NCBI RefSeq assembly: GCF_039654945.1
Contig: NW_027361724.1
Location: 6,138,001-6,202,000, forward strand
Origin: Dendrobates tinctorius
Lineage: Eukaryota
Length of the DNA stretch: 64,000 bases
Reading direction: 5' to 3'
Shown: piece by piece, positions 11,601 to 23,755 of the stretch
Numbering within the stretch: position 1 is the first letter of the stretch
Layout: each line of letters starts with the position of its first letter
The notes under the pieces: model-generated
Databases searched by the model: none
Told to the model about the DNA's origin: nothing
Seen by the model: only the letters and a program-made list of their open reading frames with translations
Made by a program: the position numbers and the translations under genes

Positions 11601-14600
11601 TTCTATAATAGAAGAAGCAGAAATGAGGTTAAGATCTAGAAGCTGCTGGAGAAAAGCTCCAGATGCAGAAACGTCTCATACTACATCATGTCTCAGCTGA
11701 TTTGCACTGATCCGATGTAGGTGTAGGAGTGGTGGGGCTGATGGATTTTTCTCTGACACTCCAAGGGTTAAATGTATTTGTTGTTCATGTGTGTGATAAA
11801 TGGATGATACCCACTGGGACTACAGCTAGCTGAGACAGGGTTAACTGTAGTGGCCGATCCAGATTGGGAGGGGGAACTGAGAGCTAGTGGCAAGTCCATG
11901 AAGTGACAGTCAGTTAGTGTGTGAACCGCAGTGAACGAAGAAGCAGGTCTAGGACGAGAGGCTGCTAAGGATAGCGTGGGACTAATACTCTAGGCAGTGA
12001 ATTGCCGAAAATACCTTTCCATGTGATTCGTCTACGAGTGTGGGTGGGATTTTACATAGGAAGTTGCCAATCACTGGTGAGGGTGGGATTATACACAGGA
12101 AGCAGCCAATAAATGGTGTGGGTGGGATAATACAAAGAAAGCTGCCAATCACTGGTGAGAGTGGGGTTAGACACAGGACGCAGCCAATCACTGGTGTGGG
12201 CGGGGTTATACACACTGGTGTGGGTGGGATTATACAGGGCTCAGCGTTCAGAGCACTGCCAGATTTGTAGCAGAGAATATAGTGTAAGGTAATGGACACA
12301 TGGCTGGACTCAGGGTCTCTGCCTCTACATCATGCTGCTCTCAGATGTGGAGTAAATACCTGCTGACAGATTCCCTATAATATAACTGCTATTATCTCAC
12401 CCAGAATCGAGATGGCCACTGGTTACATGGGGATAATCCTGGACGGGTCATTCACCCCCATGATCAGTGACGCACAGACATCTCTCTCTATGATACTTAC
12501 AGTGGCAGGCTTGTGGATCTCCGGGATCTCACAGATCACACTCTCAGGATCCGGCAGCTCAGGAGTTTCTACAATAGAGATAAAATGTATCAGACATAAT
12601 CCAGCGACATCAGGGAGGAATGACGAGACGTCTGTAGGTGGGATTAATCCTGGTTATATGGGGGGCTCTGAGTATGGGGACGGGCCGCGCAGCCATAGAG
12701 AAATGTGCTGTCAGTGATGGAGGACCCCGATCACTACATGAGCTGCCCCCCACCCTTGCTGCACATGTGAGTGATGGGAAGAGAGCTGGAGCAGAGTTAG
12801 AATATGCAAATTAGCCTGGAAGTGCACTGGGGCGTGTCCCTGCACTCAGACTCTTATGCCATGCCCTGAGGGCACTTCTATCCTGCTTTGCATATGACTT
12901 CTACCTCCCATTTCTCCCGTCCGCTCCAGTCCTCCCACTGTTCCACATGTGACATGGCCGCCCGGTTCCCATCACACAGAGGGGAAAGAGTAAATGTGAC
13001 ATTCTCCCTGTCCTGTAGAATATCCGGATATTTACGGTAGATGGTCGTGTTATCGGCTCACCTGTGGTCAGATCGCTGTTCGGCCCCGACTGACTCGTAT
13101 TAGCGTCCGGGGATTCTGGGGGGACATTTTCCCCATCTTTGTCGTCGCCTTCTGGTGTCTCCTGATAGATAGAAGATATAGAATAAGATGTGGAACCTTT
13201 CACTGATCCCAGAATCCATAAATCAGAAGGACTGACCCTGCACCTACAGACGCCTGAGTGTCAACGGACAACCAGGCGCCATCATGGGAACAACGACTTT
13301 TTGTGATCACTACAATCAGTCTTTTATCAGCAGGTGATTATCAGTACAGGACTATCTGTCTTGTGCCCTGTAGTCCTGCTGCTCTGAGTAACTGCGCCCC
13401 CACCAATGACTGGCAGCTTTCTGCTATAAATAGTGTACATAGGAAGCTGCCAATCACTGGTGTGGGTGGGGTTCTATACTGGAAGCTGCCAATAACTGGT
13501 GTGGGTGGGGTTATACACACTGGTGTGGGCGGGATTATACAGGGCTCAGCATTCAGAACACTGCCAGATCTGCAGCAGAGAATATAGTGTAAGGTAATGG
13601 ACACATTGCTGGAATCAGGGTCTCTGCCTCTACATCATGCTGCTCTCAGATGTGGAGTAAATACCTGCTGACAGATTCCCTATAATATAACTGCTATTAC
13701 CTCCCTCAGAATAGAGACGGCCACTGGTTACATGGGGATAATCCTGGGCGGGTCATTCACCCCCAGGATCAGTGACGCATAGATATCTCCCTCTATTATA
13801 CTTACAGTGGAAGGCTCCTGGATCTCTGGTATCTCACAGATCACACTCTCAGGATCCGGCAGCTCAGGGGTTTCTACAATAGACATAAAATGTATCAGAC
13901 ACCATTAATCCCACAGACATAATCCAGTTACATCAGGGAGGAATGACGAGACGTCTGTAGGTGGGATTAATCCTGGTTATATGGGGGCTCTGAGTATGGG
14001 GTCAGGCAGCGCAGCCATAGAGAAATTTGCTGTCAGTGATGGAGGACCTCGATCACTAGATGAGCAGCCCCCCACCCTCACTGCACATGTGAGTGATGGG
14101 AAGAGAGCTGGAGCAGAGCCGGAATATGCATATTAGCCTGGAAGTGCACTGGGGCGTGTCCCTGCACTCGTACTCCTGCCACGACCCCCAGGACAGTTTC
14201 ATCCTGCTTTGCATATGACTTCTACCTCCCATTTTTCCCGATCGCTCCAGTCCTCCCACTGCTCCACATGTGAGCTGGCCGCCAGGTTCCCTTCACAGAG
14301 AGGGGAAAGAGTAAATGTGACGTTCTCCCTGTCCTGTATAATATACAGATATTTCCGGTAGATGGTCGTGTGATCGGCTCACCTGTGGTCAGATTGCTGC
14401 TCGGCCCCGGCTGACTCGTATTAGTCTCCGGGGATTCCAGGGGGACATTTTCCCCATCTTTGTTGTCGCCTTGTGGTGTCTCCTGATAGATAGAAGATAT
14501 AGAATAAGATATGGAACCTTCCACTGATCCCTGAATCCATAAATCAGAAGGACTGACCCTGCACCTACAGACGCCCGAGTGTCACCGGACAATCAGGTGC

Positions 14601-17600
14601 CATCATGGGAACAATGGCTGCTTGTGATCACTACAATCAGAGTTTTATCAGTAGGAGATTATCAGTACAGGGATATCTCTCTCTTGCCCTGTAGTCCTGT
14701 TTCTTTGAGTAACCCCACCGCCACCAATGATTGGCAGCTTTCTGCCTATAAACGGTGTACATAAGAAGCTGCAATCACTGGTGTGGGCGGGGTTATATAT
14801 AGGAAGCTGCCAATCACTGGTGTGGGGGGGTAACACACAGGAAGCACCCAATCACTGGTGTGGGCGGGATTATACACAGGACGCAGCCAATCACTGGTGT
14901 GGGCGGAATTATACACAGGAAGCACCCAATCACTGGTGTGGGTGGGGTTATACACACTGGTGTGGGTAGGGTTATACAGGACTCGGCGTTCAGAGCACTG
15001 CCAGATTTGCAGCAGAGAATATAGTGTAACGTAATGGACACATGGCTGGTCTCAGGGTCTCTGCCTCTACATCATGCTGCTCTCAGAGGTGGAGTAAGTA
15101 CCTTCTGACAGATTCCCTATAATATAACTGCTATTTTCTCGCCCAGAATAGAGACGTCCCCTGGTTACATGGGGATAATCCTGAACGGGTCATTCACCCC
15201 CATGATCAGTGACGCACAGACCTCTCTCTATGATACTTACAGTGGCAGGCTTGTGGATCTCCGGGATCTCACAGATCACACTTTCAGGATCCGGCAGCTC
15301 AGGGGTTTCTACAATAGAGATAAAATGTATCAGACACCATTAATCCCACAGACATAATCCAGCGACATCAGGGAGGAATGACGAGACGTCTGTATGTGGG
15401 ATTAATTCTGGTTATATGGGGGCTCTGAGTATGGGGACGGGACGCGCAGCCATAGAGAAATGTGCTGTCAGTGATGGAGGACCCCGATCACTACATGAGG
15501 AGCCCCCCCACCCTCGCTGCACATGGGTGATGAGTGATGGGGATCGAGGTGGAGCAGAGCCGGAATATGCATATTAGCCTGGAAGTGCAGTGGGGCATGT
15601 CCCTGCACTAGGACTCTTCTGCCACGCCCCCAGTGCACTTCCACACTGCTTTTCATATGACTTCTACCTCCCATTTCTCCTGACCAATACATTGGAGGAC
15701 CTAAACCGTCAGCTCCAGTCCTCGCACTGCTCCACATGTGACATGGCCGCCCGGTTCCCATCACACAGAGGGGAAAGAGTAAATGTGACGTTCTCCCTGT
15801 CCTGTAGAATATCCGGATATTTCCAGTAGACGGTCGTGTGATCGGCTCACCTGTGGTCAGATCGCTGCTCGGCTCCGGCTGACACGTATTTGGGTCCGGG
15901 GGGACATTTTCCCCATGTTTGTCGCCACCTTCTGGTGTCTCCTGATAGATAGAAGATATAGAATAAGATGTGGAACCTTTCACTGATCCTTGAATCCATA
16001 AATCAGAAGGACTGACCCTGCATCTACAGACACCCGAGTGTTACCGGACAATCAGGCACCATCATGGGAACAAAGTCTGCTTGTGATCACTGCTATCATT
16101 GTGTTATCAGCAGGAGATTATCAGTACAGGACTTTCTCTCTCGTGCCCTGTAGTCCTGCTTCTCTGAGTAACCCCGCCCCCTCCAATGATTGGCAGGTTT
16201 CTGCATATAAACAGTGTACATAGGAAGCTGCCAGTCTCTGCTGTGGTCGGGGTTATATGTAGGATACTGCCAATCACTGGTGTGGGCGGGGTTATTCACA
16301 GAAAGCTGCCAATCATTGGCGTGGGCAGGGTTATACACAAGAAGCAGCTAATCAGTGGTGTGGGCGGGATTATACAGGGCTCAGCGTTCAGAGCACTGCC
16401 AGATCTGCAGCAGACAATATAGTGTAAGGTAATGGACACATGGCTGGACTCAGGGTCTCTGCCTCTACATCGTGCTGCTCTCAGAGGTGGAGTAAATACC
16501 TTCTGACAGATTCCCTATAATATAACTGCTATTATCTCGCCCAGAATAGAGATGTCCCCTGGTTACATGGGCATAATCCTGAACGGGTCATTCACCCCCA
16601 GGATCAGTGACGCACAGACATGTCCCTCTATGATACTTACAGTGGCAGGCTCGTGGATCTCCGGGATCTCACAGATCACACTCTCAGGATCCGGCAGCTC
16701 AGGGGTTTCTACAATAGAGATAAAATGTATCAGACACCATTAATCCCACAGACATAATCCAGCGACATCAGGGAGGAATGACGAGACGTCTGTAGGTGGA
16801 ATTAATTCTGGTTATATGGGGGCTCTGAGTATGGGGACGGGACGCGCAGCCATAGAGAAATGTGCTGTCAGTGATGGAGGACCCCGATCACTACATGAGG
16901 AGCCCCCCACCCTCGCTGCACATGTGAGTGATGGGAATTGAGGTGGAGTAGAGCCGGAATATGCATATTAGCCTGGAAGTGCAGTGGGGCATGTCCCTGC
17001 ACTCGGACTCTTCTGCCACGCCCCCAGTGCACTTCCACACTGCTTTTCATGACTTCTACCTCCCATTTCTCCTGACCGGTACATTGGAGGCCCTAAACCA
17101 TCCGCTCCAGTCCTCCCACCGCTCCATAAGTGACATGGCCGCCCGGTTCCCATCACACAGAGGGGAAAGAGTAAATGTGATGTTCTCCCTGTCCTGTAGA
17201 ATATCTGGATATTTCCGGTAGACGGTCGTGTGATTGGCTCACCTGTGGTCAGATCGCTGCTCGGCCCCGGCTGACTCGTATTTGGGTCCGGGGATTCCGG
17301 GGGGACATTTTCCCCATCTTTGTCGCCGCCTTCTGGTGTCTCCTGATAGATAGAAGATATAGAATAAGATGTGGAACCTTTCACTGATCCTTGAATCCAT
17401 AAATCAGAAGGACTGACCCTGCATCTACAGATGCCCGAGTGTCACCAGACAATCAGGCACCATCATGGGAACAAAATCTGCTTGTGATCACTGCTATCAT
17501 TGTGTTATCAGCAGGAGATTATCAGTACAGGACTTTCTCTCTCGTGCCCTGTAGTCCTGCTTCTCTGAGTAACCCCGCCCCCTCCAATGATTGGCATGTT

Positions 17601-20600
17601 TCTGCATATAAACAGTGTACATAGGAAGCTGCCAGTCTCTGTTGTGGTCGGGGTTATATGTAGGATACTGCCAAATACTGTTGTGGGCGGGGTTATTCAC
17701 AGAAAGCTGCCAATCATTGGCGTGGGCACGGTTAAACACAAGAAGCAGCTAATCATTGGTGTGGGCGGGATTATACAGGTCTCAGCGTTCAGAGCACTGA
17801 CAGATCTGCAGCAGACAATATAGTGTAAGGTAATGGACACATGGCTGGAATCAGGGTCTCTGCCTCTACATCGTGCTGCTCTCAGAGGTGGAGTAAATAC
17901 CTTCTGACAGATTCCCTATAATATAACTGCTATTATCTCGCCCAGAATAGAGATGTCCCCTGGTTACATGGGGATAATCCTGAACGGGTCATTCACCCCC
18001 AGGATCAGTGAGGCACAGACATCTCTCTCTATGATACTTACAGTGGCAGGCTCGTGGATCTCCGGGATCTCACAGATCACACTCTCAGGATCCGGCAGCT
18101 CAGTGGTTTCTACAATAGAGATAAAATGTATCAGACACCATTAATCCCACAGACATAATCCAGCGACATCAGGGAGGAATGACGAGACGTCTGTAGGTGG
18201 GATTAATCCTGGTTATATGGGGGCTCTGAGTATGGGGACGGGCCGCGCAGCCATAGAGAAATGTGCTGTCTGTGATGGAGGACCCCGATTACTACATGAG
18301 GAGCCCCCCACCCTCGCTGCACATGTGAGTGATGGGAAGAGAGCTGGAGCAGAGCCGGAAAATGCAAATTAGCCTGGAAGTGCACTGGGGCGTGACCTTG
18401 CACTCGGACTCCTCTGTCCCACGCCCCTAGGGCACTTCCATCTTACTTTACATATGACTTCTACCTCCCATTTCTCCTGAGCGGCACATTGGAGGCCATA
18501 AACCGTCCGCTCCAGTCCTCCCACTGCTCCACATGTGACAAGGCCACCCAGTTCCCATCACACAGAAGGGAAAGAGTAAATGTGACATTCTCCCTGTCCT
18601 GTAGAATATCCGGATATTTCTTATAGACGGTCGTGTGATCGGCTCACCTGTGGTCAGATCGCTGCTCGGCCCCGGCTGACTCGTATTAGTGTCCGGGGAT
18701 TCCGGGGGGACATTTTCCCCATCTTTGTCGCTGCCTTCTGATGTCTCCTGATAGATAGAAGATATAGAATAAGATGTGGAACCTTCCACTGATCCCTGAA
18801 TCCATAAATCAGAAAGACTGACCCTGCACCTACAGACGCCCGAGTGTCACCGGACAATCAGGCGCCATCATGGGAACAACGTCTGCTTGTGATCACTACA
18901 ATCAGTGTTTTATTAGCCTGAGATTATCAGTACAGGACTTTCTCTCTCGTGCCCTGTAGTCCTGCTGCTCTGAGTAACCCCGTCCCCACCAATGATTGGC
19001 AGCTTTCTGCCTATAAACAGAGTACATAGGAAGCTGCCAATCACTGTTTTGGGTGGGGTTATATATAGGATACTGCCAATCACTGGTGTGGGCGGGGTTA
19101 TACACAAGACGCAGCCAATCACTGGTGTGGGCGGGATTATACAGGGCTCAGTGTTCAGAGCACTGCCAGATCTGCAGCAAAGAATATAGTGTAAGGTAAT
19201 GGACACATCGCTGGAATCAGGGTCTCTGCCTCTACATTGTGCTGCTCTCTGATGTGGAGTAAATACCTTCTGACAGATTCCCTATAATATAACTGCTATT
19301 ATCTTGCCCAGAATAGAGACAGCCCTTGGTTACATGGGGATAATCCTGGATGGGTCATTAACCCCCAGGATCAGTGACGCACAGACATCTCCCTCTATGA
19401 TACTTACAGTGGCAGGCTCGTGGATCTCCGGGATCTCACAGATCACACTCTCAGGGTCCGGCAGCTCCGGGGTTTCTACAACAGAGATAAAATGTATCAG
19501 ACGCCATTAATCCCACAGACATAATCCGGCGACATCAGGGAGGAATGACGAGACGTCTGTAGGTGGGATTTATCTTGGTTATATGGGGAGCTCTGAGTAT
19601 GGGGACGGGCCGCGCAGCCATAGAGAAATGTGCACTGGGGCATGTCTCTGCACTCGGACTCCTCTGTCCCATTTCTCCTGTCCGGCACATTGGAGGCCAT
19701 AAACTGTCCATTCCAGTCCTCCCACTGCTCCACATGTGACATTTCCGCCCAGTTCCCATCACACAGAGGGGAAAGTGTTATGAATGAGTCATCGGAGGAG
19801 GAAAAAACAAAAATACAAGCTAAGTCCAGAAAACCGGAGAGGTTGGTAGCTAGCGGATTGCAAACACCTGATCCTATTCACAACAACTAACAGTAGCCGT
19901 GGAGCGTTCCTACGGTGGTCCTAGACAACTCGTTCACAGCCAGAGAACTAAATAAACCTAAAGAAAGAAAGGGGAAATCTAAACTGCCCCAGAGCAGACC
20001 CCAAAGCAATAGACAGCCCCCAACATGTATTGACGGTGAAAACAGATGAAAACACAAACACAGACAGAAAGACAGGCTGAGCAAATGATGGGGTCCTCAC
20101 TAACTAGATAGGACAGGAAAGAAAAGCAACTGTCTGCAATCACGCAAAAACCCTGCCAAAAATACTGTCCAACACGTCTGATAGAAAAGGCCCTGAAGTC
20201 ACTAGACTTCAAAATCACTGTATCAGCACTCAGGTATATTCTGAAAACGGAGCAAAGAGATCAACTGATCAGAGACAAAAATGGAGTTCAGCCAGTCCCA
20301 ACCAGGGCTGGCTGAACACAAACACTAAGTAAACCAGACAAAATCTCATGGAACAATAGCAGAGCAAAAACTTAGCTTTAGTAGACAGGACTAAACTGGA
20401 GGCCAGAGCTCAGAGCAGAGAGGATCACCAGCAACCCAGCAGGGCGTCGGCGGCCTTATATCCACTCAGAGATTCCGGATGTCCAATCACACTCCATCTG
20501 TTCAGATGACAGGTTTTTCCCATCCAAATCAATTTCACTACCTCCTTTCACCAGCAGAGGGAGCTCATCGGACATCAAAAGTGAAGGAGAAAATGAGCTC

Positions 20601-23556
20601 ATAACAGGAAAGAGTAAATGTGACGTTCTCCTTATCTTGTAGAATATCCGGATATTTCCGGTAGATGGTCGTGTGATCGGCTCACCTGTGGTCAGATCGC
20701 TGCTCAGCCCCGGCTGACTCGTATTAGTGTCCAGGGATTCCGGGGGGACATTTTCCCCGTCTTTGTCATCGCCTTGTGGTGTCTCCTGATAGATAGAAGA
20801 TATAGAATAAGATGTGGAACCTTCCACTGATTCCTGAATCCATAAATCAGAAGGACTGACCCTGCACCTACAGACGCCCGAGTGTCACTGGACAACCAGG
20901 CGTCTTCATGGGAACGTTCTCATCCCCAGTGGAGTAAGAGACGGGTTCAGTATTGATCCTTACCGGGCGTTCCGGGGAGCGGTCCGGACCTTCCAGCACA
21001 TACAGGACTTTTTCGGCCGGTTCTTTAACAAAAGCCAAATCTCCATCTTGAGATCTTTCTTCAGCCTATAAGGAAGGAAGGAAACAAAAGGGAAATCGTG
21101 AGATGAGAGTGGTGAGATTGGAGGCGGCCATAGTGTAATGACTGCTGAGCGGTGCGAATGGAGGCTGCCATAGTGTAATGACTGCGGAGCGGTGCGAATG
21201 GAGGCTGCCATAGTGTAATGACTGCGGAGCGGTGAGAATGGAGGCGGCCATAGTGTAATGACTGCGGAGCGGTGAGAATGGAGGCGGCCATAGTGTAATG
21301 ACTGCGGAGCGGTGAGAATGGAGGCGGCCATAGTGTAATGACTGCGGAGCGGTGAGAATGGAGGCGGCCATAGTGTAATGACTGCTGAGCGGTGAGAATG
21401 GAGGCGGCCATAGTGTAATGACTGCGGAGCGGTGAGAATGGAGGCGGCCATAGTGTAATGACTGCTGAGCGGTGAGAATGGAGGCGGCCATAGTGTAATG
21501 ACTGCTGAGCGGTGAGAATGGAGGCGGCCATAGTGTAATGACTGCTGAGCGGTGAGAATGGAGGCGGACATAGTGTAATGACTGCGGAGCGGTGAGAATG
21601 GAGGCGGCCATAGAGTAATGACTGCGGAGCGGTGAGAATGGAGGCGGCCATAGTGTAATGACTGCGGAGCGGTGAGAATGGAGGCGGCCATAGTGTAATG
21701 ACTGCTGAGCGGTGAGAATGGAGGCGGCCATAGTGTAATGACTGCGGAGCGGTGAGAATGGAGGCGGCCATAGTGTAATGACTGCGGAGCGGTGAGAATG
21801 GAGGCGGCCATAGTGTAATGACTGCGGAGCGGTGAGAATGGAGGCGGCCATAGTGTAATGACTGCTGAGCGGTGAGAATGGAGGCGGCCATAGTGTAATG
21901 ACTGCGGAGCGGTGAGAATGGAGGCGGCCATAGTGTAATGACTGCTGAGCGGTGAGAATGGAGGCGGCCATAGTGTAATGACTGCTGAGCGGTGAGAATG
22001 GAGGCGGCCATAGTGTAATGACTGCTGAGCGGTGAGAATGGAGGCGGCCATAGTGTAATGACTGCGGAGCGGTGAGAATGGAGGCGGCTATAGAGTAATG
22101 ACTGCGGAGCGGTGAGAATGGAGGCGGCCATAGTGTAATGACTGCGGAGCGGTGAGAATGGAGGCGGCCATAGTGTAATGACTGCTGAGCGGTGAGAATG
22201 GAGGCGGCCATAGTGTAATGACTGCGGAGCGGTGAGAATGGAGGCTGCCATAGTGTAATGACTGCAGAGCGGTGAGAATGGAGGCTGCCATAGTGTAATG
22301 ACTGCGGAGCGGTGAGAATGGAGGCGGCCATAGTGTAATGACTGCGGAGCGGTGAGAATGGAGGCGGCCATAGTGTAATGACTGCGGAGCGGTGAGAATG
22401 GAGGCGTCCATAGTGTAATGACTGCGGAGCGGTGAGAATGGAGGCTGCCATAGTGTAATGACTGCGGAGCGGTGAGAATGGAGGCGGCCATAGTGTAATG
22501 ACTGTGGAGCGGTGAGAATGGAGGCTGCCATAGTGTAATGACTGCGGAGCGGTGAGAATAGAGGTGGCCATAGTATAATGACCGCAGAGCGGAGAGAATG
22601 GAGGCGGCCATAGTGTAATGACCATGGAGCGGTGAGAATGGAGGGGGCCATAGTGTAATGACCATGGAGCGGTGAGAATTGTGGCGGCCATTGTGTAATG
22701 ACCATGGAGCGGTGAGAATGGAGGCGGCCATAGTATAATGACCGCAGAGCGGTGAGAATGGAGGCGTCCATAGTGTAATGACCATGGAGCGGTGAGAATG
22801 AAGGCGGCCATAGTATAATGACCGCAGAGCGGTGAGAATGGAGGCGGCCATAGTGTAATGACCATGGAGCGGTGAGAATGGAGGCGGCCATAGTGTAATG
22901 ACCATGGAGCGGTGAGAATGGAGGTGGCCATAGTATAATGACCGCAGAGCGGTGAGAATGGAGGAGGCCATAGTGTAATGACTGCGGAGCGGTGAGAATG
23001 GAGGAGACCATAGTGTAATGACTGCGGAGTGGTGAGAATGGAGGCGGCCGTAGTGTAATCACTGCGGAGCGGTGAGAATGGAGGCAGCCATAGTGTAATG
23101 ACTGCGGAGTGGTGAGAATGGAGGCGGCCATAGTGTAATGACTGCGGAGTGGTGAGAATGGAGGCGGCCATAGTGTAATGACTGCGGAGCGGTGAGAATG
23201 GAGGCGGCCATAGTGTAATGATCGTGGGTCTGGGCCTCGTCCTGTGTAATATTAGGGGACACCAGAAGCTTCTGTCCACCATTATGACCCATCATTGTGG
23301 AGAAGGTATGTGCAGAGCGTCCACCACTTACCTGCTGTAGTAATGTCCTGATGTTTCGGGTTAAATCCGTCAGATACTTTGAGGTAAGACGGTCTTGTTG
23401 GTATTTGGTCAGGCAGTCCTGCACTAGCTCCACCACCAGCCGGTGAGTGAAGCCGAGGATGCCATCGGGTGGTAGAAGCTTAATGTCAGAGCAATGGGTG
23501 TAAAGAATCTCCGATAATGCTTCTACCTGAAGCTTGTCTAGAAGAAATTCAGCCAT
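8639..23556 (-). CDS. Divergent MAST (microtubule-associated Ser/Thr kinase)-like protein, ~881 aa, probable pseudokinase, spliced (24 coding exons)
   Basis: Exons 5'->3' on the - strand: 23556-23332, 21065-20964, cassettes [20785-20686+19475-19408], [18747-18648+18109-18042], [17342-17243+16708-16641], [15941-15851+15308-15241], [14482-14383+13873-13806], [13161-13062+12568-12501], then 11602-11517, 11328-11120, 10743-10605, 10516-10384, 10192-10027, 9910-9812, 9578-9456, 9316-9207, 9113-8957, 8736-8639. All are GT-AG and phase-compatible, 2646 nt in total. The N-terminus ([32 protein letters not shown]) resembles the MAST pre-kinase DUF1908 region. Kinase motifs: [102 protein letters not shown]. 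Minus-strand AATAAA at 8331-8336. Confidence 0.85.
9207..11602 (-). CDS. Kinase domain and AGC C-terminal exons of the MAST-like gene (8 exons)
   Basis: Exons of 86, 209, 139, 133, 166, 99, 123 and 110 nt translate continuously into AGC kinase subdomains I-XI and a tail ending [13 protein letters not shown] (MAST-type hydrophobic motif region). Confidence 0.9.
12040..20910 (-). repeat. Six tandem ~1.3-1.4-kb intragenic duplications, each carrying a 100-nt + 68-nt exon pair
   Basis: Spacings between 68-nt exons are 1305, 1435, 1400, 1401 and 1366 bp. Each unit also has a variable-copy 39-bp repeat (GCTGCCAATCACTGGTGTGGGCGGGATTATACACAGGAA). Confidence 0.92.
19776..20606 (-). mobile_element. 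Solo LTR (831 bp)
   Basis: TGTTATGA...TCATAACA termini and a GGAAAG target-site duplication (19770-19775 / 20607-20612). The site is empty in the sibling repeat units. Minus-strand TATAAGG near 20454-20460. Confidence 0.8.
21105..23220. repeat. 40-bp minisatellite (GAGGCGGCCATAGTGTAATGACTGCGGAGCGGTGAGAATG)n, ~53 copies, intron 1 of the MAST-like gene
   Basis: Exact 40-bp period; it accounts for the 347-738 aa repetitive ORFs. Confidence 0.96.
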
Positions 23557-23589
23557 AGCGAAAAATTGCAAATGCACTCAGTCACTAGG

Positions 23590-23755
23590 GAGCCAAAATG
23601 GCAGCCGGAACCCTGTGTGCACAGCATAAGTAACTGCGAGTGGTGATGTCATAATGGAGGACCATCTGTGATGTCATAATGGAGGACCATCTGTGATGTC
23701 ATAATGGAGGACCATCTGTGATGTCATAATAACCAACCATCTGTGATGTCATCAT
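23590..23755 (-). promoter_or_regulatory. Putative MAST-like promoter: five 25-bp-spaced TGATGTCA (CRE/ATF-variant) motifs plus a YY1-like CAAAATGGC
   Basis: TGATGTCA at 23644, 23669, 23694, 23719 and 23744, about 90-195 bp upstream of the ATG at 23556. Confidence 0.45.

Noticed and set aside
20960-23282. Long ORFs of 347-738 aa on the - strand
   Set aside because: They are translations of a 40-bp minisatellite that is open in all three frames and lies inside a GT-AG intron.
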